From: Eledone cirrhosa
Taxonomy: Eukaryota
Assembly (NCBI GenBank): GCA_964016885.1
Contig: OZ024740.1
Location: 385,888,001-385,952,000 of the forward strand
Direction: 5' to 3'
Length of the DNA: 64,000 bases
Position numbers and translations under genes: made by a program. The notes under the pieces are model-generated. The model was not told the DNA's origin. It did not search any database and saw only the letters and a program-made list of their open reading frames with translations. Shown here piece after piece: positions 10,664 to 22,862 of the stretch. Each line of letters opens with the position of its first letter. The first letter of the stretch is position 1.

Positions 10664-11264
10664 AGCATATAAACGATATGCCCCCCCCCCCCCCACCGCA
10701 AGGTGGTCGTGGAGGTGCCACGGCAAAAAAGCACCCAGCCCACACTGTAAAGTGGACGTGTAGGCGCCACGAAAAAGCACCCAGCACTCACTGTAAATGA
10801 GGTTGGTGTTAGGAAGGGCATCCAGCTGTAGAAATCAAGCCAGATCAGTTCCTGTATGAGCAAGGCATGGTCAGCCGACCAGACACTGCCCACAACAGGA
10901 CAACCCGTCTAACCCATGCTAGCGTGGAAGAACGGACGTAAAACGGTGATGATGAATCAGGTCCCGTCCCACCCTGCAAGCAGGGAAAAGTGGACGTAAA
11001 ATGATGATGATGATATATATAATATAATACAATATACAGAAATAAACACACAAAGAAGTGTGTTTTGAATTACAGGACCGAGGAAACGATGTTTCCGCTG
11101 GTCTTTCCAATTGCTAATACTATCTATTGGCCGCAACTCCTGGTAGAAGGAGCAACGTGAAATAAAGTGTCTTGCTCAAGGACATAACGCCATGCCGCGT
11201 CTAGGAATTGAACTCACAACCTCATGATTGCGAATCCAATTCTCTAACTCATATATATATGTAT

Positions 11265-14200
11265 GTTTTGTCGTATTGAACAGAACAAATCTTGCAGTTT
11301 TGCTTTTTGTTAAATCGCTTGTTAAACATTCATAACCTTCCAGCTAGCTACCCCACACCCCTCCCTCCCGCCCCCACACGCCACCATACTTAATACGTGG
11401 ACCAATCATAAGCCAGAGCCCCCCCCCCCCCCCCACGCATCACCACCATTATTATAAGCCAGAGCCCCCCACTCCCACGCATCACCATTATTATTATTAC
11501 GCGGACCAAATCATAAGCCAGAGGCCTATACTATCGCTTGCCCGGTTGCCTTCGATATATGATGGATGGATGGATGGACGGACGGACTGCGGAATCCTGG
11601 AGAGTGGAAGGGAGAGAAAAATCTGGACGCTCAGAGCGAAAATGCCAAAGTTAAAGTCAAATTCACCTCGTGGACGAGAATGAGAGCACTCCTCTTTGTT
11701 TCGTCCGCGGATGGCTAACATAACCCTATCTCCTCCCGCCCCCCACCACCCCCACCCTCCAAACGCAACCCAAAACTTCAGAGTTGGTACCATAAATGTA
11801 GGCACCCTAAAGGGTCGCGCTAACGAGGTTGTAGAAATGCTTGAACGTAAGGAGGTCGATGTTTGTTGTATTCAAGAGACCAGGTGGAGGGGTGGGTCTG
11901 CTAGATTCATTGAGGGTAAAAAACGATGTTATAAGCTTTTCTGGGTGGGAAACGACGATGGGCTGGGTGGAGTAGGAATCATGGTAGCAGAAAAGTGGGC
12001 AGATAAGATAATAGACGTAAATAGAGTGAACGACAGAATAATTAAAATAAGACTTGTCCTCAATAGAACTACGGTGACAGTAATATCTGCGTACGCACCC
12101 CAATCCGGACTGCCCGGCACTATAAAAGACAGATTCTATGAGACACTGTTGCTAACTACCTCCCAAATATCTGACAGTGACTATATAATTATTGCAGGCG
12201 ACCTAAATGGTCACGTTGGACAACATTGTGACGGCTACGACGAAATCCATGGAGGCTATGGGTTTGGTACTAGAAATGAGGAAGGCTCCAGAATCCTGGA
12301 ATACTGTGATGCAAATAACCTAACTATCTGTAACACTAACTTCAAAAAACGTGACAATCACCTGATTACCTATAGATCCGGGGAACACACAAGCCAGGTA
12401 GATTATATCCTTACCAGAAGACGTGACAGAGTGTCTGTTGTAAACACTAAATCCCTCCCCCATGAAGAATGTACCTCCCAACATAGACTGATAATTAGCG
12501 ACCTCATAGTCAGGACGAGACGTACCCGACAGCAGAAGAGGACTATCCTCAGGAGGAAAATATGGAAACTAAACAGCCAGAAATAAATTTCAAAGCATAT
12601 TACTTGATGCTTTCGACAGTAAGGAAGAGCATCTAGAATCGGACAATATAGAGGGACAGTGGAAATTTCTGAAAGCAAACCTGCTGTTGGCGACAGACGA
12701 AGTCTGTGGCTGGAGCAGGCCTGTAGGCAGGAGGAGAGTAACATGGTGGTGGAACAGTAGGGTGGAGGGGTCAATTAAGGCCAAAAAGCAGGCTTGGAAA
12801 GTATGGCGGGATGGGGGAAGTAGAGTAGACTATCAAGTGGCCAGGAGGGAAGCTAGGAGAGAAGTGTACTTAGCAAGAAGGGAAGCTGAGGAAAGAAAGT
12901 TCAAGCATGTTCTACAACGCGATGACCAAAAACGTGAGGTGTTCAGGATTGCCAGGCAATGCGTCAAGGAAAACCGTGATATTGTCGGGGAGAAGTGTGT
13001 ACTTAACGATGATGGCATACTTGCCATCACCGACACTGATAAGAAGGTAGCTTGGAAGTGTCACTATGAAAGGCTACTAAATGAGGAGAATAAATGGGAG
13101 AAAGACAGTCTCCCCCATATCGACCCGATAGAGGGACCAGCAGTGTTAGTCGAGGGGAGTATAATAAGTAAGGCAATCAAGGATATGAAGACTGGTAAGG
13201 CGGCTGGGCCTTCGGAAATAGTTGCTGAGATGCTGAAGGCATCTGGCACGGTGGGACACACCATGGTCACCCGCATAGTTAACCAAGTCGTACAGAATGG
13301 GGTTGTTCCGAAGGACTGGCATAGCAGCATCATCGTTAACTGTTATAAGGGTAAAGGAGACGCCCTAGATAGGAGTAACTATAGAGGCATTAAATTAATC
13401 GACCAGGTCATGAAGGTCACGGAAAAAGTAATAGCGCAACTAATCAGAGAGAGAATTGATCTAGATGAAATGCAGTTCGGGTTTGTGTCAGGCAAAAGCA
13501 CCACAGACGCTCTTTTCATAGTACGACAACTACAGGAGAAGTACCTAGCTAAAGGTAAACCCCTCTACTTAGCTTTTGTCGACCTGGAGAAAGCCTTCGA
13601 CAGAGTCCCCCGCTCCATTATCTGGTGGGCTCTTAGAAAACTAGGCGTTGACGAATGGCTTGTGAGGGCTATACAAGCCATGTATAAAGAAACAGTCAGC
13701 AAGGTTAGAATTAACAACGAATATAGTGAAGAGTTTAGCGTAAAAGTTGGCGTCCATCAGGGCTCTGTTCTCAGCCCCCTACTATTTATTATTGCCCTTC
13801 AGGCTATAACAGAGGAGTTCAAGACAGGCTGCCCATGGGAACTCCTATACGCAGACGACCTGACACTCATAGCGGAATCAATGGCCGAGCTAGAGAAGAA
13901 ATTCCAAACATGGAAGCACGGCCTAGAGTCAAATGGACTTAAAATTAACCTGGCTAAGACCAAAGTTCTAGTTTGTAGGAAAGAAAACAAGGCGGCGGTC
14001 CCTTCTGGGAAATGGTCGTGCTCGGTATGTAGGAAAGGCGTAGGTAGAAACTCCATCTTATGTCCTAAATGCAAAGTATGGGTGCATAAAAGATGTAGTG
14101 GGATCACAGGTAAGCTAACTAAGAACATAGACTTTACATGTGGCCGGTGTTCTGGTGCAATAAGTAGCAGCAAGTGCCCACAAAATACTAGCTCTTTCAA

Positions 14201-15176
14201 TTGCGCAGAGGGTTCTATAGAAATAGTGGACAGCTTCCGTTACCTGGGCGATAAAATCAGCAGTGGGGGAGGGTGCTCTGAAAGTACTGTAGCTAGAGTC
14301 AGAACTGGTTGGAAAAAGTTCAGAGAGCTTATACCACTATTAGCTGCTAAAGGGTTCTCCCTAAAAATGAAAGGCAGGTTGTACGATGCCTGCATACGAA
14401 CAGCAATGTTGCATGGTAGTGAGACCTGGGCATTGTGTGCAGAGGATATACGCAGACTAGAGAGGAACGAAGCTTGCATGCTCCGCTGGATGTGTAACAG
14501 TAATATATGTGAACGGCAAAGCATAAACGAACTAAGGAAAAAATTAGAGATAAGAGGGATCAGATGTTGTTTACTCGAGAGAAGGCTGCGTTGGTATGGA
14601 CACGTGATGCGCATGAAAGTCGATAGCTGTATTACAAAGTGCAGGGCAATAAAGATAGACGGTAGCCACGGAATAGGCAGACCTAGAAAAACATGGGATG
14701 AGCTGATAAACTCCGACCTCACACACTTACACCTCTCCAAGACAATGTCACTGGACCGTGACCTTTGGCGGTACTCAGTAACAGAGAAGACCCGCCTTGC
14801 CAGTAGGCATCTCTAACAAACTACACCCCGTCCCGCCACCACCCCCACCCCATCCACACCACCCCGTTCTATGTAAAGTTATGTTGGTGCCGCGCCATCC
14901 AGGCCGAAACAAATGAGATCGTGTAGGTGTCACGACAAAAAAACACACAGTCCACGCTGTAATGTGGCCGTGTAGGCAACACGGTAAAAACCTCCCAGAC
15001 CCACACTGTAAATGTGGTTGGTGTTAGGAAGGGCATCCAACTGTAGAAAACCTGCCAGACAGTCCTATGCGAGCAAGACAATCACTCTTGCCTCAAGTGG
15101 GACTACCCCCGTCCAAACCCATGCAAGCGTGGAACACGGACGTTAAACGTTGATGATGATGATGATGATGATGATG
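11265..15176 (+). mobile_element. Near full-length RTE LINE, copy 2 (different subfamily)
   Basis: EN ORF 11696-12586 plus RT ORF 12687-14816; (GAT)n tail at 15152-15176; possible low-complexity TSD TATATGTAT (11256-11264 and 15177-15185); 5' boundary approximate. Confidence 0.88.
11711..14816 (+). pseudogene. RTE copy 2 ORF, broken by a single frameshift near 12572
   Basis: The W-K-L...F segment is 28 nt here versus 36 nt in copy 1 (8-nt deletion); open otherwise; PHD at 14019-14150. Confidence 0.85.
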
Positions 15177-16094
15177 TATATGTATATAATTGTCTCTCTC
15201 TCTATCTCTCTCTATATATATTTTTTTCTATAAAATTTCTCTCTCTATCTCTCTCTCTATATATATATTTTTTCTATAAAATTTTTCTATAAATTTTTTC
15301 CTGTGTTCAGTCTTTTTCATCGCTATGGTCACTGCAGCCCCTCTATCGGTCGCTGTCTTCAATTTGCAAAGCTGTCTAAACATAATGTTATAACTCTAGG
15401 GTTATATACCCTATTGAGTGCTTAGCTGCACACCGAGACTGCATTCGTTAGCTTGGCTGCAACCAGAGCTTCGTTGATGCTGTACTAAATTTTGTGTATA
15501 TATATATAATATGGGAAATATTAAATATTATCCAATTACAAGTATGATAATAGTTCAAGTATATTACAGTGCCAAAATACTTTATAAATAACAATCAAAG
15601 AGTGTTTAAAATATTTAATCACTTATGATCGTTTCATCCAAGCACAAGGCCAGAATCATCGGAGTATATAATAAAGGTTGAAACACAAATATAATATCAG
15701 AAGTTTGTCATAAGAACATTAGGAGGATACATAATATGGGAAGCAAGCATAAGTATTACCATTTATATTAGAAAAGATAGCAAAGGCAGAAGAAGCATAT
15801 AAATGCAATAAAATAAAATTAGAAGCAGCTAAAAACATTAAAAAAAAACAAAAATACATGCTGCTATAGAGAAATATGCTGTTAAGTATAGTGCAAGCCA
15901 TATATCATAATTATTAAATAAACATATATCATAAGCATTACAAAAGTTTATAAAGTTAATACGAGCAGGTGTGCAGTTCAAATATAAATCTAAAAATATA
16001 AAAATACATCTCTAAAAGATATTTTTAATAATTGATATAAAACGTCCGACTGCGTAATTCAGTCATAAAAATAAATTATTATTTTTCAAACTAA

Positions 16095-16287
16095 GGGCGA
16101 TGGATTGGCAGTATCGGTAGAGGGTCGGACGCCATGCTTTGACGCATAGAGTTACGGCCCTTGCTATTCTGAGTTCAAATCCCGCCAAGGTTAACTTTGC
16201 CTTTCATCCTTACAGGGTCGATAAAATAAAGTACTAGTAATACACTGGGTAATTGCTGGCCTTGTGCCAAAAGTAGAAACAATTATT
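16095..16287 (+). mobile_element. tRNA-derived SINE with Deu/Nin-like central domain; further copies at about 20715-20885(-), 24528-24718(-), 24747-24845(-), 27576-27767(+), 32365-32570(+), 57270-57376(-), 59352-59482(-)
   Basis: A/B-box-like head (TGGCAGTATCGG, GAGTTCAAATCCC); GCCTTTCATCCTTACGGGGTCGATAAAATAAAGTACCAG core in the consensus; AATTATT tail; many dispersed copies. Confidence 0.8.
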
Positions 16288-16449
16288 TTTCAAACCATTC
16301 AAAGGTAATAATTGTTTCTACTTTTGGCACAAGGCCAGCAATTACCCAGTGTATTACTAGTACTTTATTTTATCGACCCCATTACCCAGTGTATTGGTAC
16401 TTTACTTTATCGACCCCATAAGGTAATACATACTTATGTATGTATATAT

Positions 16450-16780
16450 GGAAGCACATTGCTTAGTGGTTAGAGCATCGGCCTTGCAATTGAAAGGTTG
16501 TGAGTTCAATTCTCAGACTGGGTGATGTGTTGTTTCCTTGAGCAAGACACTTTATTTCACCTTGCTCCAGTTTACTCAGCTGTAGAAATGAGATGATAGG
16601 GTCTGGGGTCCCTATCATTCCACTGTAAAGTGGACGTGTAGGTGCCATGGCAAAAAAGCACCCAGCCCACACTGTAAATGAGGTTGGTGTTAGGAAGGGC
16701 ATCCAACTGTAGAAATCAAGCCAGAATCAGTTTCCATCCCACCCTTGCAAGCAGGGAAGAGCGGACATAAAATGATGAGG
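16450..16780 (+). mobile_element. CORE-type tRNA SINE with RTE-derived 3' tail; further copies at 40152-40490(+) and 42503-42834(-)
   Basis: tRNA-like head (..GCTTAGTGGTTAGAGC..GAGTTCAATTC); CORE-like CCTTGAGCAAGACACTT...CAGTTTACTCAGCTGTAGAAATG; 3' part shared with the RTE copy 1 3' UTR. Confidence 0.85.
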
Positions 16781-16984
16781 ATATATATATATATGTATGT
16801 ATGTATGTATGTATATATATATATGTATATACATGTATGTATATACATGTATGTATGTATATACATATATGTATATACATATATATGTATGTGTATACAT
16901 GTATGTATGTATATACATATATATGTATATATATGTATGTATGTATGTATATATATGTATGTATGTATATATATATGTATATAT
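16781..16984. repeat. (TA/TATG)n degenerate microsatellite; a similar tract lies at 46555-46845
   Basis: Direct inspection. Confidence 0.95.
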
Positions 16985-18317
16985 CATCATCATCATCATC
17001 ATCATCATCGTTTAACGTCCATGTTCCACGCTTGCATGGGTTTGGACGGGAGTTTTTCCACTTGAGGCAAGAGTGGTTGTCTTGCTCACATAGGACTGTC
17101 TGGCGGGTTTTCTACAGCTGGATGCCCTTCCTAACACCAATCACATTTACAGTGTGGGACTGGGAGGTTTTTACCGTGTTACCTACACGGCCACATTACA
17201 GCGTGGACTGTGTGTTTTTTTGTCGTGACACCTACACGATCTCATTTGTTTCGGCCTGGATGTTGTGGCACCAACATAACTTTACATTGAAAGGGGCGGT
17301 GTGGATGGGGTGGGGGTGGTGGGACGGGGGTGTATTTTGTTAGAGATGCCTACTGACTGTAGTAGGTTTACTTTGTATTTAGGCAAGGCGGGTCTTCTCT
17401 ATTACTGAGTACCACCAAAGATCTCGTTCCAGTGACATTGTCTTGGAGAGGTGTAAGTGTGTGAGGTCGGAATTTATCAAGTCGTCCCAAGTTTTTCTGG
17501 CTCTGCCTACTCCGTGGCTACCGTCTATCTTTATTGCCCTGCACTTTTTTATACAGCTATCGTCTTTCATGCGCATCACGTGTCCATACCAACATAGCCT
17601 TCTCTCGAGTAAACAACATCTGATCCCTCTTATTTCTAATTTTTCCCTTAGTTCATTTATGCTTTGCCATTCATGTATATTACTATTACACATCCAGCGG
17701 AGCATGCAAGCTTCGTTCCTCTCTAGTCTGCGTATATCCTCTGCACACAATGCCCAGGTCTCACTGCCATGCAACATTGCTGTTCGTATGCAGGCATCAT
17801 ACAACCTGCCTTTCATTTTTAGGGAGAACCCTTTAGCGGCTAATAGTGGTATAAGCTCTCTGAACTTTTTCCATCCTGTTCTGACTCTAGCTACTGTACT
17901 TTCAGAGCACCCTCCCCCACTGCTGATTTTGTCACCCAGGTAACTGAAGGTGTCCACTATTTCTATAGCACCATCTCTGCAATGGAATGAACTAGTATTC
18001 TCTGGGCACTTGCTGCTACTTATTGCACCAGAGCACCGGCCACATGTAAAATCTATGTTCTTAGTTAGCTTACCTGTGATCCCACTACATCTTTTATGCA
18101 CCCATACTTTGCATTTGGGACATAAAATGGAGTTTCTACCTACGCCTTTCCTACACACTGAGCATGGCCATTTCCCGGAAGGGACTGGCGCCTTATTTTC
18201 TTTCCTACAAACTAGAACTTTAGTCTTAGCCAGGTTAATCTTAAGGCCTTTTGATTCTAGGCCGTCCTTCCATGTTTGGAATTTCTTCTCTAGCTCGGCC
18301 ATTGATTCAGCTATGAG
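16985..18317 (-). mobile_element. 5'-truncated RTE (copy 3, subfamily of copy 2)
   Basis: ORF 17379-18377(-) matches the C-terminal part of copy 2, including the PHD; the tail reads (ATC)n on +. Confidence 0.92.
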
Positions 18318-18616
18318 CGATGACGGCGATGAATTAGTTTTGCGAGGTTTTTGATATGAAATCGTGTGTCGAAACAAATATTGTTATACTTGGGGCCTCT
18401 CTGATTTGCCTATCTGCTGGGTCATTTCTATGTTTAGATATTATTCTAATTTCTATGTTGTCTATGTTACCGTTGTGTTGTTGTTCTATACGAACATGCC
18501 AGACAACAACATAACGGTAACATAGACAATAAATAAATACATACACAAGCACAATAACAACAAACACATATAAACACACACTAGTAAAGGTAGAATACAT
18601 TAAAGCTTCTTATTTA

Positions 18617-18696
18617 TTGGGTTGTCAAGTATGAAATTTATAGAAAAAATAAAGTTTGTTAATGCCTCACTACAAATTTCACACTTGACGACCCAA
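18617..18696. mobile_element. 80-bp mariner-type MITE (MADE1-like architecture)
   Basis: TA TSD; TIRs TTGGGTTGTCAAGTATGAAATTT / AAATTTCACACTTGACGACCCAA. Confidence 0.8.
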
Positions 18697-21393
18697 TAAT
18701 TTGACTTTTTTATTTCAGTTGCTCTATTTCAAGATTCTACTTGTGTGAAATATTTGTCCTTGTTGAATTTATAACATTTGGGTTATGAAACTGTAGTTTC
18801 ATGACTTTATATTTTATGGGAAATGCTTCCTTATTAGGAAAGGAAAATGTTTTTAATTCATTCTCTGCTAAACCAACATCAGTGCTGTCTGGTAAATTGA
18901 ACAAAAACAAAAAAAAAAAGTTTATTTGTTTCACTTGTGTATGCTGGCTTTAACTGTGTCAGCTATATTTTAATGTTACGGTTCTCAAAGTTTGTACAAC
19001 AATATCTATTTGTTGAGCTTATGTTGCTTAAATACATAAATTGTTTACAGTCCAATATAAAAGCAAATGATTTTTGTTGCATGGGGCCTGATAAAGGAAT
19101 CCAATCATATTCTGAATTTACAATTATCCAGCTAATAAAAAGACACTTTCTCAAGAATTTGAACCTAAAGAATTTCAAAAATTATTATGGCTCATTCTAT
19201 AAATGCTGAAAATTGATGAATGAAGTAGTATAGAGTTTAAAATCTGCTAATTGTTGTAACTCTGCCAGTCTCAAACTAAATGTTCCTGGCACCAAATATG
19301 CTTTATACCTGACTTGTCTGAAATAGCTAACCATATAACTAAAACTATGGACTCTTCTTCCATTTTGGACTCCAATCTTCCATTTTGTTATCCACTTATA
19401 TCCAACCCCACATTATACATGCTCCTCCAAGATAATCCATCTCCATTCTGTCAGTCTCACCACCACAACACATACACATACATGCCAACTGAAAATGACC
19501 TCCATTCACTTTAAGCTACAAGGCTACTGACCCTGAAAATGTCCCTATTTATTATTCTCAAATGTTGCACTCACTTTAGAGATAACTTCTAATTTTGCCA
19601 AATGTTTCACTTTTTCCCTCTTTGTGGGAATATACCTAAATCTTTGGAAGCATAGCACATTGTGTCTCTTCCCATAGTGTAGCAAAAATTGCATCAAAAA
19701 GAAAGCCAAATAATTGATTGACAAATACTTACTAAATCATTACAAGAATGTAACAAATTCGTAGTCATTAAAGTGTAGGGCAAAATGAGTTATGGTATTT
19801 GTTTCAGATCTTTGTGCTCTGAGTTCAAATCCTGACCAAGTCAACTTTATCTTTCATTCTCTCAGAGTCAATAAAACAAACATCACAGCCATGATTTCAA
19901 GAAAACATTTTCCCTTGTTCCTTCCAGTCTGAGAAGTTTGGGGATAAATAAAGTGTCATGGTTACTGCCACCTCCTCTCTAACTAAATGGTAAAAAAAGG
20001 AAAAAAAATATTATTCTAGCCAACAGACGTCTGCTCATTCATATTTTGTCATCACAACTACAACAATCTCAATTTTTCAAAACTAGTAATCGGCATACTT
20101 CCTTCACCCACAGCCACCTCATAAATCCGGCTCTTATTTCTCTTATTATCCAAACTGTATTTTCCCATCTTAAGCTCTTTCCTAACCCTTGTACCCAATC
20201 CTTCTTCCTCATAATCTCACCATCCAACTGGAATTCCCTTTCCACTCGAAATTTTCCTGCAGCTGTTCTGACTTACAAATATTTTAGCATATCAGTATAA
20301 CCAGTGATATATGAACCACCAACAGTTTTTTTATTTTTTATTTGATACTCTGACTTGGCAAGATGTGATTCCTTCCTAATTCTATTTGTATGGAAACCTA
20401 AATGTGAAGCTTGAATGATAGAAGTGGTAAGGGTGAAAGTAGTAGTAATTCTAATCTCAGCAGATGAAAAGTTAGATTTAATAAAAAGCATATCAGTGTA
20501 TAGGAGCACATTCAATTAACATTGGGTATTAGATTTAATCTCAATCCAGTTTGAAATCTTAGTACACTCTCTTTGTCATAATCAGTGTATCTTGGCATGA
20601 GTCCAAAATGCAATTTAGCACATCATTTCATATTGGTTTACATAGATAAAACAAATATGTAACTGTTCAAATCCTCTGTGATATTACCAGGGAGAAAATA
20701 ACTGCTATTAACAATAATTGTTTCTACTTTTTAGTACAAGGCCAGCAATTACTGCTACTTTTATTTTATCGACCCCGTAAGGATGAAAGGCAAAGTTAAC
20801 CTCAGCGGGATTTTAACTCAGACCGTAAAGGGACGTAACTATGCTGGAAAGCATGGCGTCCAACTCTCTACCGATACTGCCAATCCTAACAATAATGGCT
20901 TCTAATTTGGGCTCAAGGCCAGAAACTTGTTGGGAGGTAAAAGTTGATTATATTGACTCTAGTATTTTACTGGTATTTATTTTAGCAACCTCAAAAGGAT
21001 GGAAGGCAAAGTTGGCTTCAATGAAATTTGAACTCAGAACACAAAATACCGAAACAAATACTTTTGTCTTGCCCCTCTAATCACCCTGCCAATCCACCAC
21101 CCCACTACTATTTATAATAATAGTAATAATTGTTTCTGGATCATTACCTTCATCACCATTTTACATCTGTTTTCCACTTTGGCATAAATTTGATGAGTTG
21201 TCACGGTCCAGAAAACCATGTCTTGGTCATTTATTCAAGTTTTGACATGGTTTCTATTGCTGGATGCTCATCCTAATGCCAACCATTTTACAGAGTGTAC
21301 TGGGTGCATTTTATCTTGATACAAGCATTACCAGTATGATGATGAAAAATAAATAAAACATAATTTTATTTATTAATTTATAATCTTTTTCAG

Positions 21394-21497
21394 CTTAAAG
21401 CCTAATACAGTCTACCGATTCCGTGTAGCAGCTACAAATGATATTGGTACCAGTAATTTCAGTGAAAGCTCCAATGATGTTCGTACAGAAGAAGATA
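21394..21497 (+). CDS. Sdk: Sidekick exon 5 (FN3-9, C-part)
   Basis: ttcAG|..|GTaagt; 104 nt, phase 2 to 1; LKPNTVYRFRVAATNDIGTSNFSESSNDVRTEED (Sidekick ATNDIG motif). Confidence 0.93.
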
Positions 21498-21634
21498 GTA
21501 AGTAGACCAACAGAAAATTGTCACTTTACCAATTACCATGTACTCAGTAATATTTATTGAATTAACCAGTTTTACCTTTGTTGATGTAAAGAAGGAACAG
21601 AACTCTATGTACAGATACATTTCAGTATTTCATC

Positions 21635-22819
21635 AATCATCATCATCATCAACGTTTAACGTCCGTGTTTCACGCTTGCATGGGTTTGGACGGGGGTTTT
21701 CCCACTTGAGGCAAGAGTGATTGTCTTGCTCGCATAGGACTGTCTGGCAGGTTTTCTACAGTTGGATGCCCTTCCTAACACCAACCACATTTACAGTGTG
21801 GGTCTGGGAGGTTTTTACCGTGTTGCCTACACGGCCACATTACAGCGTGGACTGTGTGTTTTTTGTCGTGACACCTACACGATCTCGTTTGTTTCGGCCT
21901 GGATGGTGTGGCACCAACATAACTTTACATAGAAGGGGGCGGTGTGGATGGGGTGGGGGTGGTGGGAGGGGGGTGTATTTTGTTAGAGATGCCTACTGAC
22001 TGTAGTAGGTTTTACTTTGTATTTAGGTAAGGCGGGTCTTCTCTATTACTGAGTACCGCCAAAGGTCTCGGTCCAGTGACATTGTCTTGGTGAGGTGTAA
22101 GTGTGTGAGGTCGGAGTTTATCAGCTCGTCCCAGGTTTTTCTGGGTCTGCCTATTCCGTGGCTACCGTCTATCTTTATTGCCCTGCACTTTTTTATACAG
22201 CTGTCGTCCTTCATGCGCATCACGTGACCATACCAACGTAGCCTTCTCTCTAGTAAACAACATCTGATCCCCCTTATTTCTAATTTTTTCCTTAGTTCGT
22301 TTATGCTTTGTCATTCACGTATATTACTATTACACATCCAGCGGAGCATGCAAGCTTCGTTTCTCTCTAGTCTGCGTATATCCTCTGCACACAATGCCCA
22401 GGTCTCACTGCCATGCAACATTTCTGTTCGGATGCAGGCATCGTACAACCTGCCTTTCATTTTTAGGGAGAACCCTTTAGCGGCTAATAGTGGTATAAGC
22501 TCTCTGAACTTTTTCCACCCAGTTCTGACTCTAGCTACTGTACTTTCAGAGCACCCTCCCCCACTGCTGATTTTGTCACCCAGGTAACGGAAGCTGTCCA
22601 CTATTTCTATAGAACCCTCTGCGCAGTTGAAAGAGCTAGTATTTTGTGGGCACTTGCTGCTACTTATTGCCCCAGAACACCGGCCACATGTAAAATCTAT
22701 GTTCTTAGTTAGCTTACCTGTGATCCCACTACATCTTTTATGCACCCAAACTTTGCATTTGGGACACAAAATGGAATTTCTACCTACGCCTTTCCTACAC
22801 TCTGCGCATGGCCACTTCC
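21635..22819 (-). mobile_element. 5'-truncated RTE (copy 4, subfamily of copy 2), with stops
   Basis: ORFs 22311-22769 and 22023-22223(-) match the copy 2 C-terminus; 3' UTR and tail lie about 140 nt downstream of exon 5. Confidence 0.92.

Positions 22820-22862
<43 letters not shown>

Larger units (their letters stand above)
6733..10953 (+). mobile_element. Full-length RTE-clade (BovB-like) LINE, copy 1
   Basis: TSD GAATCAG (6726-6732 and 10954-10960); 811-nt 5' UTR; single intact ORF; 3' UTR ending in a stem-loop and short GAT tail. Confidence 0.93.

Noticed and set aside
10680-10696. Poly-C/G tracts (also 11418-11434 and 56218-56240) as functional G-quadruplex or i-motif elements
   Set aside because: Simple homopolymers are common in this sequence and nothing supports function
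12560-12690. Programmed frameshift between EN and RT in RTE copy 2
   Set aside because: Copy 1 is continuous and 8 nt longer here, so a simple deletion explains it
7984-14740. Antisense ORFs overlapping the RTE ORFs, and those opposite the Tx1 element
   Set aside because: Shadow frames of coding sequence with no recognisable motifs
16450-16525. tRNA gene (GCA anticodon-like loop); also at 40152 and 42760
   Set aside because: It is the head of a repeated SINE, continuing into CORE and RTE tail sequence, without a convincing acceptor stem
16727-17343. Y/I/M/C/V-rich ORFs here and at 46341-46874, 47642-48060 and 56750-56980
   Set aside because: Translations of TA/TATG/CA microsatellites
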